Below, one piece after another: positions 28,913-38,919 of a stretch of 64,000 bases of DNA; positions within the stretch are counted from its first letter, which is position 1, and the number at the start of each line of letters is the position of its first letter. The stretch comes from Dehalococcoidia bacterium (GTDB taxonomy: Bacteria; Chloroflexota; Dehalococcoidia; Lucifugimonadales; UBA3495): contig CBDBHA010000002.1 in the NCBI GenBank assembly GCA_965205495.1, positions 294,451-358,450 on the forward strand, in the 5' to 3' direction. The notes under the pieces are model-generated. The model was not told the DNA's origin and did not search any database. It was given only the letters and a program-made list of their open reading frames with translations. Made by a program: the position numbers and the translations under genes.

Positions 28913-29625
28913 AGTTTTGTTCCCTGGTATATGGCGGTGGGGGCCCCCTCCGCCAGAAGCGCACACACCGGAACGCCCTTCAAAGGTCCGGCAAAAACCG
29001 GCCCGAAAACTTCGCCGATGTCCCCTTCAATCCGGTAACTCTCCGCAATTTGGACCCTCCATCTGGGACGGTCCACCAGGTACTCCAATGTGGAGCCATC
29101 GGGTTGGGCGTTGTAGCCCCAATAACGCTCGGTGACGAACTCTTCAATTGACTCGGGTTGAGGGTAGCCCAATGATTGCAGGTCCGAGACTTCCAGCGCC
29201 CCCTTGCCTTCCCGCCCGTTCCACTGGTACTCGACGCTGCGGGGTTGGTCCTCGCCCGGGGGCATCCGCAAGGAACAGGTCACCTTCATGGCGATGAACC
29301 GCTCGTGGTAAATCCGCCGCGCCGCCGCCGCAACACTCCGGTACGGCACAATCTGCTTGATGAACACCACTCCCCGCCGGGGCTCAGAGGCGGACTCGCG
29401 TTGAACGTAGAACCGCAGGTTGACCTCGGAAAAGCTGCCGAAAAAGGGGACGGGAACGCCCAACGCGCGGCTTTTGAGGAATTGCAGCCCGACCAAGCTG
29501 ACCAGGCATTTGCCCTGCCACAAGTCCAAAACAAGACCCGGAGGCGCCTGGTTACCGATGGCCTCCGGGTCGATTTCGTAGGTCACGATTGCCAGGTTGC
29601 GCCAGTCCGCGGTAAGCAGCTTCAT
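28906..29625 (-). CDS. DUF2071 (YqjF-like) protein
   Basis: FSEVNLRFYV, RGVVF, FVTERYWGY. Confidence 0.85.
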   Translation of the reverse strand: MKLLTADWRNLAIVTYEIDPEAIGNQAPPGLVLDLWQGKCLVSLVGLQFLKSRALGVPVPFFGSFSEVNLRFYVQRESASEPRRGVVFIKQIVPYRSVAAAARRIYHERFIAMKVTCSLRMPPGEDQPRSVEYQWNGREGKGALEVSDLQSLGYPQPESIEEFVTERYWGYNAQPDGSTLEYLVDRPRWRVQIAESYRIEGDIGEVFGPVFAGPLKGVPVCALLAEGAPTAIYQGTKLQ

Positions 29626-29658
29626 GACGGGCCCAGCAGTAGGCGGGTTGGGGCAGGC

Positions 29659-30582
29659 TTAGGCGAATTTGCCGGAAATCTGGGGGGTGGTGCCTTCCAG
29701 TCCCTGCTCCATCCGGTCCAGGCGGGTTTCCCGCAGCCAGGTGCGCTTCAGGTCATCCTTGACGCTAAAGTGCAGGGTGCCCAGGCCCTCGCACTCCAGG
29801 TCAATCAGGTCGCCGTCCATGAAGGCGCTGAGGCCCCGGTGGTTGGTGCCGGTGGCTACCACGTCGCCGGGCTCCAGAGGGTGGATTGAACTGACCCACT
29901 CAATGACCCGGGGAATCTGGTGGGCCATGTCGTTGGTGTTGAAGTTCTGCTTGAGCTCCTCGTTGACCCACAACTGGATTTGCAGGTTCTGGGGGTCGGC
30001 TATTTCGTCGGCGGTCACCAGCCAAGGCCCCATGGGGGCGAAGGTGGCGCGGGACTTCATCTGGTAGAAGGTGTTGCCGGCTGGGGGCAGGCCACGGGCC
30101 GAACCGTCGATGAAGTTGACGTAACCGAAAATGTAGTCGTAGGCGTCGTCTGCGCTGACATTTTCGGCGTGTTTGCCGATGACCAGGGCCATTTCAGCCT
30201 CTCCTTCAAAGATAGTGGCCGGCGCGTCGGGCAGTATCATGGTGTCGCCATTGCCGATCACCGCGTTGGCCGACTTGTGGAAGGCGTTGATGGGGGCGGG
30301 CTCGTCCCGGGTGCCGTCTTCCATGTAGTTGACCGCCATTGCGACGATGTTGTTGGGCTTGGGCAGCGGGGACCGCAGCCGGACGCTGCTGGCAGGCACC
30401 CCATCCTGGGCGTTTACCGCCGCTTCCAAAGCGCCCCGGTGTTGGTCGAAGTTAGCAATAAGCTGGTTCAACAAGTCTTGGGGAGAGGTGTGGGCGATGC
30501 CGCTAATGGCCTCCCTGACGTCCACCACGTTGTCTCCCTTGACCACGCCCAGCTTGAAATCGTCGAAAAATACCAGTTTCAC
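29659..30582 (-). CDS. Fumarylacetoacetate hydrolase family protein
   Basis: NY, EAEMALVIGK, FAPMGPW, PGDVVATGT. Confidence 0.93.
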   Translation of the reverse strand: MKLVFFDDFKLGVVKGDNVVDVREAISGIAHTSPQDLLNQLIANFDQHRGALEAAVNAQDGVPASSVRLRSPLPKPNNIVAMAVNYMEDGTRDEPAPINAFHKSANAVIGNGDTMILPDAPATIFEGEAEMALVIGKHAENVSADDAYDYIFGYVNFIDGSARGLPPAGNTFYQMKSRATFAPMGPWLVTADEIADPQNLQIQLWVNEELKQNFNTNDMAHQIPRVIEWVSSIHPLEPGDVVATGTNHRGLSAFMDGDLIDLECEGLGTLHFSVKDDLKRTWLRETRLDRMEQGLEGTTPQISGKFA

Positions 30583-30605
30583 AGTTGTTACTCCTTTTCA
30601 TTTGC

Positions 30606-31118
30606 CTAGTAAGTTTTGCTGAATCCGCTTTCCGAGTGGGCGCCAATGGCAGGCCGCTCGCCCCGCGGCAAGCCAAGGAGGTGCGCAACCCGGTTCCGGT
30701 CGGACTCGTTCGCAATGGCAAAGGGTCTCGGCTCGGACGCGCGGACCTCTTCCAGGTCGGCAACGAGACTTTCCACCTCGTCTATCCCCCGGCTGATACT
30801 GTCCGCCTCTTCCAGGTTCTCGTAAAAGTTGACGTGGAATGAGTTGGCGACGCGTATCTTAGTCTCAAAGTCGGGACGGGCGAACTCGTTCCCCAACTGG
30901 ATAGCAATGCGGTGGATGTTCCGGTGATCGGTGTGCTGCCACCCGCGTTGTATGGCAACGGCTTTTAGGGCGTGAGCGGCGGCGCCCCAAAGCTTCTCGG
31001 ACGCTTGCAGGCGGTCGCCCTTCCGCAGTTCTTCCCTGGCGTGGTCGATGAACCGCCGGCTCATCGCCGCGTGGTCTTGAATGTCATTGGCGCCGGACGG
31101 CGGCAGTTCTGGGGTCAT
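30606..31118 (-). CDS. PaREP1/HEPN-like protein
   Basis: GDRLQASEKLWGAAAHALKAVA, HxNFYE. Confidence 0.82.
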   Translation of the reverse strand: MTPELPPSGANDIQDHAAMSRRFIDHAREELRKGDRLQASEKLWGAAAHALKAVAIQRGWQHTDHRNIHRIAIQLGNEFARPDFETKIRVANSFHVNFYENLEEADSISRGIDEVESLVADLEEVRASEPRPFAIANESDRNRVAHLLGLPRGERPAIGAHSESGFSKTY

Positions 31119-31180
31119 CTGATTTGTGCCCTCCGCCCGCATTATACAGGCATTTAAAGACCGTTGGCATGGCAAAAAAG

Positions 31181-32612
31181 GTAACTGTTCAGAGTTGAGG
31201 GGAAGTGAGCAACTGGCGGCATGCGGTGAGGGGATTCAATCCTCGGGCGCGCCAGGTACCGAAGAGGGAAGCGAGAGCCATCTTGGTGGCGGTGCCCTGG
31301 GTTGAGCGGGTGCCGCCGCTGATCTTGCGGCTGGTCACCAGGTGACGAAGGCTCCTCTCGGCGGCGTTGTTCTCCGAGGGGACGTCCGGTTCGGCTACGA
31401 ATACGAACAACTCCTTGATGAAGCGCTGGATGCGCCGGCAGAGCTTGGCCTGGACTGCCCCTGGGTCATCAAGGAAGGGTCGGCAGCAGGCCAACAATTT
31501 CCGCTCCAACTCCAGTTGGGCCTGACGGCGTTTCCTTGCCTGAGGATGGGAGAACCGCTTGGCCTGGGCGTAGAGGTCATGCACTGCCGCCGCCCATCCG
31601 GCCAGCTTGGCGTCTGCTGGGTAGAGGGCCTTCAGGTCATGGATGTCCCGGAGCAGATGAGCCCAACACCGCTGCTTCAGGCCAGGGTAGTGGTTATAGG
31701 CAGCGTAGAAATCGCTGACCAACACCCCGCTGAAGGACTCCCCCAGCGCCTCGTCCACCACCTCCTTATTCCGGCCCCGGCGCAGGAAGTACCGCTCAGT
31801 GGGAGTGGAGAAGGTCCAGACATAGCCATTGGCTCCCTCCTGGCGCCAGCCGGTCTCGTCGGCGTGCACCACCTGGCTGGTCCGGACTAGTTCCAGCACC
31901 TCGGCCACCGCCGGTTGGGCTTGCCGGGCTACGCCGTGGAGGACCTGGGTGATTCCCCCAACGCTCAAGCGCAACTGGTGGACGGTCTCCAGATACCATT
32001 GGATGGTCCGAAGGGGCAACCGGCCCTCTTCCCGCAGGCCAGCGATCAATGAGACCAAGTTGGCTCCCAACCGTCCCCGACCGATTACCCCACCGCCCAA
32101 GTCCGTCTTGGGGGTCCGGCGCCGTTCACATACTGGGCAGACCCGGGTCACGAAAACGTGCTCCGTGACCTCCACCGGAGCCACTGGGATATCGATGACT
32201 TCCCGAGTCCGCTGCGGCCATCCCCCAACCAACCCGGTGCCACACTCCGGACAGGAGTCCAAGACATGTTCCACCTGGTGAGCCGCCACCGTGCGCCGAC
32301 GGCTAAAGCCGTGGGGCCGGGGCTTTCTTGGCTCCTTCTTCTCGGCCGGCTCTGACTTTGCACCCGGTTTGTTGCCCGGCATTCCGGGCCGCCCTTTGCC
32401 CTGGAGACCCCCTTCCAACGCCGCTATCCGCCGCTGCAACTCGTCGATGACCGCCTGCTGCCGCGCAATCACCGCCAACAGCGCCTCCCGGCTGGCCGTC
32501 CCCAAGTCTATCTTGTTCTCCATCCTCCTGATTTAACATAACCGACGACCCGACGCACCGAACTTCCCAAGCAAGTTTTAACTAATCCATCCCCTCAACT
32601 CTGAACAGTTAC
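31181..32612 (-). mobile_element. Complete IS66-family insertion sequence (single ORF, 1432 bp)
   Basis: Perfect 23-bp TIR GTAACTGTTCAGAGTTGAGGGGA; 8-bp TSD CAAAAAAG (31173-31180, 32613-32620). Confidence 0.97.
31189..32523 (-). CDS. IS66 family transposase
   Basis: CPEC/CPVC zinc finger, HADETGW, SDFY, QRCWAHLLR, NNAAERSLR; stop codon lies inside the TIR. Confidence 0.96.
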   Translation of the reverse strand: MENKIDLGTASREALLAVIARQQAVIDELQRRIAALEGGLQGKGRPGMPGNKPGAKSEPAEKKEPRKPRPHGFSRRRTVAAHQVEHVLDSCPECGTGLVGGWPQRTREVIDIPVAPVEVTEHVFVTRVCPVCERRRTPKTDLGGGVIGRGRLGANLVSLIAGLREEGRLPLRTIQWYLETVHQLRLSVGGITQVLHGVARQAQPAVAEVLELVRTSQVVHADETGWRQEGANGYVWTFSTPTERYFLRRGRNKEVVDEALGESFSGVLVSDFYAAYNHYPGLKQRCWAHLLRDIHDLKALYPADAKLAGWAAAVHDLYAQAKRFSHPQARKRRQAQLELERKLLACCRPFLDDPGAVQAKLCRRIQRFIKELFVFVAEPDVPSENNAAERSLRHLVTSRKISGGTRSTQGTATKMALASLFGTWRARGLNPLTACRQLLTSPQL

Positions 32613-32647
32613 CAAAAAAGGTGGTGGAGGGCCAGCCCTCCACCACC
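32613..32647 (-). terminator. Terminator of 32686-33672; its T-tract is the IS66 target
   Basis: GGTGGTGGAGGG CCAG CCCTCCACCACC stem with adjacent A6. Confidence 0.75.
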
Positions 32648-32685
32648 GAAAAAGCATGTAACGCTTGGCCCAGGCCAGCAGCCCC

Positions 32686-33672
32686 TTAGTTGGGGGTTAT
32701 GGCCAGGGAGCGTATCTCGCCAAATTCCTTCTTCTGCTTGCTCCAGGAGTCGCCGCCGTCCTCGCTAATGTAGAGGTATCCGTACAGGCTGGCCGCAGCG
32801 ATGACGTTGGGCAGCTCAGGGTGGGTACCGAACCAGTAGACCACCGAGTTGGGTTCCACCGGCAGCGGGGCAACGTCCCAACTGCGTCCGTTGTCCTTGG
32901 TGCGGCGGATGGTACCGGTGACGCCGGGGATGGAGTCGCCGTTGCCGACGAACATGGTGTCGGGGTCATCATGCTTGATGGCCATGCCCCGGCAGTAGGA
33001 GCGGGTGTCACTCTCGTTGAACTTGGGGAACTCGTGGTAGTCCCAGCTCTCCCCCTCGTCGGTACTGGTGGCGATGCCGAAGGGGCTGGTGACGTAAACC
33101 GACGTCTGGCGGCCCGGCTTGATGGCCATGCCGTGAACGTCGCCGTGGAAGGGATCGGGGCCCAGGTCGGGCAGATGCACCCAACTGTCGCCACCGTCGA
33201 GGCTCTTGTAAACGCCGTCGACTTCAATGCCGGCCCAGATGGTCCGGTGGTCCCGAGGGTCCACAATTACGTTGGTGGTGCGGGGAATCCCCACCGGACA
33301 GGGGATGGTCACCCCAATGTCCAGGTGTTCCCAGGAATTGCCGCCGTCGCGGGAGCGGTAGGCGTCGGGCCGCGCGCCCACGAATATCGTGTCGGAGTCC
33401 TCGGGGTCCACGGTGACCGACCAGGTCTGGATGTTGTCGTCAAGGGGGGACTCGAGGTGTTCCCAGCTCCCGCCGTTGTCGTTGCTGCGGAAAATCCCGA
33501 CGTCGGAGCCCACCAATACCCGGTGGGGGTCGTTGGGGTAGACGCTCAGGGCCCGCACGTTGCTCTCAGAGGGCAACGGAGTCCGCACCCGGTTCCAGGT
33601 CTCGCCCCCGTCGGGAGTGAAGGACAGACCGCCGCCGACGCAGCCCACGAAAACCGAATAGCCATTCGCCAT
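32686..33672 (-). CDS. BNR/Asp-box repeat beta-propeller protein
   Basis: Seven SxDxGxSW-type repeats. Confidence 0.9.
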   Translation of the reverse strand: MANGYSVFVGCVGGGLSFTPDGGETWNRVRTPLPSESNVRALSVYPNDPHRVLVGSDVGIFRSNDNGGSWEHLESPLDDNIQTWSVTVDPEDSDTIFVGARPDAYRSRDGGNSWEHLDIGVTIPCPVGIPRTTNVIVDPRDHRTIWAGIEVDGVYKSLDGGDSWVHLPDLGPDPFHGDVHGMAIKPGRQTSVYVTSPFGIATSTDEGESWDYHEFPKFNESDTRSYCRGMAIKHDDPDTMFVGNGDSIPGVTGTIRRTKDNGRSWDVAPLPVEPNSVVYWFGTHPELPNVIAAASLYGYLYISEDGGDSWSKQKKEFGEIRSLAITPN

Positions 33673-33771
33673 TTGTTCATCCTCCTTTCGTTAGGAAAAC
33701 GTTTTTCTTGCCCGGTATGTGGTAATAATAGCCGCAACGGTTGGGAAAAGCTACCAGCGAAAGCGCTACTG

Positions 33772-33955
33772 CAGGGCCTTTTCATTGTCGGTGTGGGGAG
33801 TTTGCGACGGCCAATCCAGGGCCAAACCGGCTGGCGGCGATGGATTTTAGATTCCTCCCTACGGTCGGAATGATGGGTAGGGGTCGCCGGAATACTCCTT
33901 CTACGGGTTCAGGGTGAAAGTGAGGGCGGCATTTGGGGAGAATGAAAAGGCCCTG
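33772..33955 (+). mobile_element. CAGGG-type (ISAs1-like) MITE, 184 bp
   Basis: Perfect 15-bp TIR CAGGGCCTTTTCATT; TSD AGCGCTACTG / AGCGCTACCG; near-identical to 48356 copy. Confidence 0.88.
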
Positions 33956-33959
33956 AGCG

Positions 33960-34346
33960 CTACCGGTAACCGGCCAGGTTCTCGGCGTCTTGGATATAGT
34001 CTGGCGTCTCCCGGATACGCCGTTCCGTGTCTTCTATGGGTTCGCACAGTCCCAGATAGAAGCAGTCGCCATGCAGTATCCCCTGCCCGGAGTAATAACG
34101 GCGGACCAGGGGCCGGACTGCCTCATCCTGGATACTCAGTTGCCTCAATCTAGTCGAGGTCTCCGGCGTTTTTTCGGGTTCGATCCCCGTCCGGGCCAAA
34201 ATCAGGGCGTCCGTAGCCCTCTTGGTGGCGCACCAGGCCTTTTCCGACGCGTCCCGAATGTCTCCTTGCCCCAACCGTTCCAGGGCGTCGGCGTGCATCT
34301 GGCGGGCGTCGTTGAAAATTCTGGCTACGTCGGTGGTTATTGTCAT
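33960..34346 (-). CDS. PaREP1/HEPN-like protein
   Basis: GDIRDASEKAWCATKRATDALI, LHGDCFY; AGGAG RBS. Confidence 0.75.
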   Translation of the reverse strand: MTITTDVARIFNDARQMHADALERLGQGDIRDASEKAWCATKRATDALILARTGIEPEKTPETSTRLRQLSIQDEAVRPLVRRYYSGQGILHGDCFYLGLCEPIEDTERRIRETPDYIQDAENLAGYR

Positions 34347-34386
34347 AAACAACCTGCTCCTTGAACGTCGTCAACTCCCAACCACC

Positions 34387-35405
34387 TTAAAGGGAAACCA
34401 ATGGCAGCCCTTCGTCGGCCCGCACGTCGTTGATAATTTCCAGCACCCGCTGGCGGAAGGGCGCGTACTCGACCTCGAACTCGTCGAGCAGCCGGCTGTT
34501 GTCCACCAGGTAGTTGCCCGACTGCTCCCGTCCGCCCTCGTGGTCAAAGGTTATCTGGGCGTCGGCCAGGAACTCCCGCACCATCGCGGCCAGGTCTCCC
34601 AGGCTGATGGCGTGGCCGCCCGAGTTGTAGACGGGATAGTGGCTGGAGTCGACCAGCAGAACGCGGGCGAAGACCTCGGCGATGTCCTCGACGTGGATGG
34701 GGAGCCGCATCATTTCCTGGTAGGGAAAGCTGATGGGCTCGCCCCGGGCGGGCAGGGTGATGCACTGGACGTGGTCGGTGGAGCCCCTGACCTTGTCCGG
34801 TCCGGTGACGTTGGCGGGCCGGATGCCGGTGATGTTCAGGCCGTAGTTCTGGATGTACATCTTGGCTTGGAACTCGTTGAAAATCTTGTGGGTGGCGTAC
34901 TGGCTGTTGCCGAACATGCCGTCGTCCTCGTTGACCAGCCGGTTCCCGAAGTGACTCTGCTGCCCGCTGACGGCGATGGAGCTGGCGTAGACCACCCGGT
35001 TGACGCCCAGGAGCCGAGCCGCCTCGAAGCAGTTGTCCATCCCCAGGATGTTGAGGCGCATGTTCAGGTGGGGGTTGATTTCCCCGCCGCCCAGCAGGTA
35101 GGCCAGGTTGATGATGCGGTCGGGTTCCGCCACGGTGATGGCGTGGACGACGTCCTCGAATTGGGTTACGTCGCCCCGCATGACCCGCACCTGGTCTTCC
35201 AGGCCGGCGAAGGAAGCCGCCCCGGGGTTGATATCCATGCATGGGTTACGTCGCCCCGCATGACCCGCACCTGGTCTTCCAGGCCGGCGAAGGAAGCCGC
35301 CCCGGGGTTGATATCCATGCAGACAATTTCGTGGCCCCGCTCCACCAGCTTGCGGATAAGCCGAGGGCCGATGAAACCGGTGCCACCCAAAACCAAAATC
35401 GCCAT
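34387..35405 (-). pseudogene. NAD-dependent epimerase/dehydratase frameshifted by an 80-bp duplication
   Basis: GGTGFIG N-terminus (35405) and YxxxK C-part (34387-35238) in different frames. Confidence 0.8.
35162..35321. repeat. Perfect 80-bp tandem duplication
   Basis: 35162-35241 identical to 35242-35321. Confidence 0.95.
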
Positions 35406-35491
35406 TTCTTCACCCTTTCTCTAAGGTTTGTCATGTATGCTTGCCGCCGACTGCGGAAGGCCCTGGCGGGCCGCGCCTGAACTGCTACTAA

Positions 35492-36814
35492 TTATTTCAA
35501 GCCCTTTAGCGCATCTGCAATCTTCTGCCCCGTCTTGCTAAAGTCTTCAATCCGTTTGTCTAGCCTCTGCCGTATCTCTTCGGCACTGAGGTCGTTGTAT
35601 TCTTTTTGAGTTATCCAAGTTTCCGAGAAAAAGGAATGATACGTTGGCGACAGCTTGGGCTTCGGTTTTCCGAAGATGCCAGGCCTTTTTTTCCCCTCTT
35701 CGTATACTTGCTCCCGTATTTGCTGGGGGCCGGGCTGCATTTCCAGTCTGAACTGTACTGTACCGTTTTTGTTCTCTAGCAGCCAAGCCAATAATCGCCT
35801 TTCTTCGTATTGGAGCTGAGGAATGTCCATGGATCGAGGCAAAAATTTTATGTAGGTTTTGCTGAAATAGTCGGGAATCAAGTCCTTCCGCGATTTGATG
35901 TAATCCTGTATGACTTGAGACACTTCGTCTGCCCGATCCGGCCGATGCTCGAAAATCAAATCCAAAGCCCGTCGATGATTTTTGTAGAGCCTATGGCAAA
36001 GTTCCTGGATGTCGGAATCTTCCACGATGTGCCTCCGCACCATATCGAGATACTGCTGAACGAACAGCCTGATTTCGTCGTTGAGCTGGCTCTCCCGCTT
36101 CTTCAAGGTGTTCTCAACTACGGATGCGATGCCTCCGTAGCTCATGGGTACCCAAGTTTCGTCAGAAGGAGGATCGGGAGGATAGCCGGATATGGTCAGG
36201 AAAACAAAGGCTTTCCTGTACCCTTTGAACTCGTGCTCCACAATTTCCCGGTATCGCTCAAGCTGATGGAGTCCCTCACCGGAGTCAACCTTGTTTTCGA
36301 TGGCGCAAACGAAGCGATGGTCTTCGTCTTCGTTAACAATGAGAAGGTCTATATTGCGCCACTCTTTGCGAACTTCGGCTCGTCCGAAATTCCAGCCATC
36401 CAAATCGAAGAGAGAGGGGGCATCGTCCGAAATTCCCTCACCGGCCTTGATGACTTGCCGGAGAAACTGGCGCAAAAAATAATCGTCCAGACCGTGCGTT
36501 TCGGTCGGATCAAGGAGCCAGCGGAGAAAGGCGGAATGGCGAATCTCTTGCCGGACGAGGCCCAGTGCCTCAAACATATTGAAACGGTCGAGGAGCGTTT
36601 CCAGTTGTTCCAGGTCATCGTTATCGCCTATGAAGGTCCTTAAGGCTTCAACTCCATCGGTATCAGCCAAGCGGTTTTGCGGGGTGGAGGCTTGATGGAA
36701 AACCGGCTCCTTGACCTCTTCAAGTTGGTCTTCAAAATCGGTTAAATCGTGAGTGTCCCAGAACTCGGCAAGTTCTTTAATTGATTCGGTGTTGGGAATT
36801 TCGGAGTCGTTCAT
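35492..36814 (-). CDS. PD-(D/E)XK nuclease (PDDEXK_4-like) with N-terminal BrnA/CopG-antitoxin-like peptide
   Basis: EIRHSAFLRWLLDP, IDLLI, IENK, QLERY; N-terminal ELAEFWDTHDLTDFEDQLEEV; lower GC. Confidence 0.85.
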   Translation of the reverse strand: MNDSEIPNTESIKELAEFWDTHDLTDFEDQLEEVKEPVFHQASTPQNRLADTDGVEALRTFIGDNDDLEQLETLLDRFNMFEALGLVRQEIRHSAFLRWLLDPTETHGLDDYFLRQFLRQVIKAGEGISDDAPSLFDLDGWNFGRAEVRKEWRNIDLLIVNEDEDHRFVCAIENKVDSGEGLHQLERYREIVEHEFKGYRKAFVFLTISGYPPDPPSDETWVPMSYGGIASVVENTLKKRESQLNDEIRLFVQQYLDMVRRHIVEDSDIQELCHRLYKNHRRALDLIFEHRPDRADEVSQVIQDYIKSRKDLIPDYFSKTYIKFLPRSMDIPQLQYEERRLLAWLLENKNGTVQFRLEMQPGPQQIREQVYEEGKKRPGIFGKPKPKLSPTYHSFFSETWITQKEYNDLSAEEIRQRLDKRIEDFSKTGQKIADALKGLK

Positions 36815-37095
36815 CTGGTTTTCCATTGGTTATATCTTCGCCTTTCGTTAAGGGTCATTGGCCGAGCGGTTACCGGATATGCCCTGCCCCCAGGCAACTG
36901 GATTACGACGCAGAATAAATACCGGCCTGCCAATGTCTGTCCCAAGACGCTAAAGACCGGGTTGACACCCCTGGATCTGGTGCGCTGGATGAAGGGCCGA
37001 CCGAAGCAAACCTCTTCGACCTCCTCGGGTGAAACACGGTGCCGAGCGATATGGTCGACCCGGTCCTCTGGCCAAACAAACTCGTAAATCTTCCC
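36811..37095 (-). pseudogene. BrnT-like toxin frame lacking an in-frame start codon
   Basis: Manual translation KIYEFVWPEDRVDHIARHRVSPEEVEEVCF...GQTLAGRYLFCVV...PVTARPMTLNERRRY; stop overlaps next ATG. Confidence 0.8.
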
Positions 37096-37331
37096 TCAAC
37101 CACGGCGTCAACGTTCCGTAGCCGTAAAACGGGCATCGACCAAGGACATTGTACGCTAGCCCAAACCCCCAGGCTATTGCCCGACCGCCTAGAGCAGCCC
37201 CGTATTCTCAGTGATTCCCCTCATACAATATAATGCCCATATTGCGGGGTTGAGGGCGAGGTGTTTGTCGGTTCGGCCGCGCCCCAATATGACACCTGGG
37301 ATTGTTGGAAACCTTAACATTACGGAGTTAT

Positions 37332-38906
37332 ATGCTGGACCTAATCATCCGCAACGGCTTAATCATAGACGGCAGCGGCAGTCCCGGGTTTTTTGGCTCG
37401 GTGCTGGCGGAGGGAGACCGGATAGCCCTGCACCGGGGTGACTCCACCCATTTGGAAGCTGCCCGCGCCATTGACGCCGCGGGGTACGTGGTCTGTCCGG
37501 GGTTCATAGACCTGCACTCTCATACCGGGCTGACCATCTTCGGCGATCCGCACCACGACCCCAAGGTGCGCCAGGGCGTGACCACCGAGCTGGTGGGTAT
37601 CGACGGGATTTCCCACGCCCCCTTTAAAACCCAGGGGGAGTTGCACCGTTACATCTGGCTGGACTCGGGGCTTAACGGTTACCCGCCGATGCCGGCGGAC
37701 TGGCTGACCGTGGCGGAGCTTTTGGGGAAGTACGATAACAGCGTCGCCATCAACATGGCCTATATCCTGGGGAACTCACCGGTCCGCATCTGGAGCGTGG
37801 GTTGGAATGACCGGCCCGCCACCTCCGCCGAGATCGCCGATATGCAGGCGGTAATCCGGGAAGCGATGGAGGAAGGGGCCTGGGGAATTTCCACCGGCTT
37901 GGACTACCCGCCGGGCGCCTACGCCGACACGGACGAGTTGGTGGCTATTTCGGAGACGGCGGCGGCGTTGGGGGGCATGTACCACACGCATACCCGGGCC
38001 AGCCTGTTGTCCCAGGGGCCGTTGGCTCCCTGGGAAGAGGCGGTGGAGATTGGGCGGCGCAGCGGGTGTCCGGTGCACCTGACCCACTACCGGCAGCCGG
38101 CCCAGGGGCATGGCAGCCACCACGATTTTCTGGGGCTGGTGGACGACAACCGCGCCAGAGGCATGGACATTACCTTCGACTGCTACACCTACCCCTACTC
38201 GGGGACGACGATCACCATCGGCCTGCCCCACTGGGCCAAGGACGGCGGGCCGGAGCGGCTGATGGCGGCGCTGCAAGACGCCGACGACCGGGAGCGTATG
38301 AAGCGGGAAATTGCCCGGGACCGGCTGGAAAACAACTGGTTGACCAACTTCACTAAACCGGAGAACCGGCAGTATGACGGTCGGTTGATTACCGACATCG
38401 GGGAGATGCGGGGACAGGACCCGGCAGACGCTCTTTTTGACCTGTTGGTGGAGGAGAACCTGGGGCTTTCAACGGTTGGGCTAGGGACCAACGCCCAAAC
38501 TTTGCCCGCGTTTGTTTCGCACCCCTACGGGATGATTGCCAGCGATTCGATTTTGTTTGGGGAGTACCCCAACCCGCGCACCTACGGCTGCTTCCCCATT
38601 GTTTTGGCGGAGTTTGTGCGGGCGGAAAAGCAACTGCGGCTTCCCGAAGCCATCCGCAAGATGACATCTTTTCCGGCGCAGCGGCTGGGGATTCCCGACC
38701 GGGGTTTGCTGCGGGACGGCTTCCGAGCCGACATAGTTATTTTCGACCCGGACCGGGTGAAGACCCACGCCACTCGGGAAGACCCCAAACATTTTCCGGT
38801 GGGGATTGACTACGTGATTGTCAATGGTCAGGTGGTTATCGATCAAGGCGAGAATACCGGGGCGTTGCCCGGGCGGGCCATCCGCCGGGGGCGGGCCTCG
38901 AGTTAA
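37332..38906 (+). CDS. N-acyl-D-amino-acid deacylase
   Basis: PGFIDLHSH, QGVTT, STGLDYPPG, PNPRTYG, ADIVIFDP. Confidence 0.93.
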   Translation: MLDLIIRNGLIIDGSGSPGFFGSVLAEGDRIALHRGDSTHLEAARAIDAAGYVVCPGFIDLHSHTGLTIFGDPHHDPKVRQGVTTELVGIDGISHAPFKTQGELHRYIWLDSGLNGYPPMPADWLTVAELLGKYDNSVAINMAYILGNSPVRIWSVGWNDRPATSAEIADMQAVIREAMEEGAWGISTGLDYPPGAYADTDELVAISETAAALGGMYHTHTRASLLSQGPLAPWEEAVEIGRRSGCPVHLTHYRQPAQGHGSHHDFLGLVDDNRARGMDITFDCYTYPYSGTTITIGLPHWAKDGGPERLMAALQDADDRERMKREIARDRLENNWLTNFTKPENRQYDGRLITDIGEMRGQDPADALFDLLVEENLGLSTVGLGTNAQTLPAFVSHPYGMIASDSILFGEYPNPRTYGCFPIVLAEFVRAEKQLRLPEAIRKMTSFPAQRLGIPDRGLLRDGFRADIVIFDPDRVKTHATREDPKHFPVGIDYVIVNGQVVIDQGENTGALPGRAIRRGRASS

Positions 38907-38919
38907 TGGGAGCCATCCA

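Noticed and set aside
36903-37136. 77-aa ORF as a real gene
   Set aside because: Beyond its first ~15 codons it is the off-frame reading of the BrnT-like sequence
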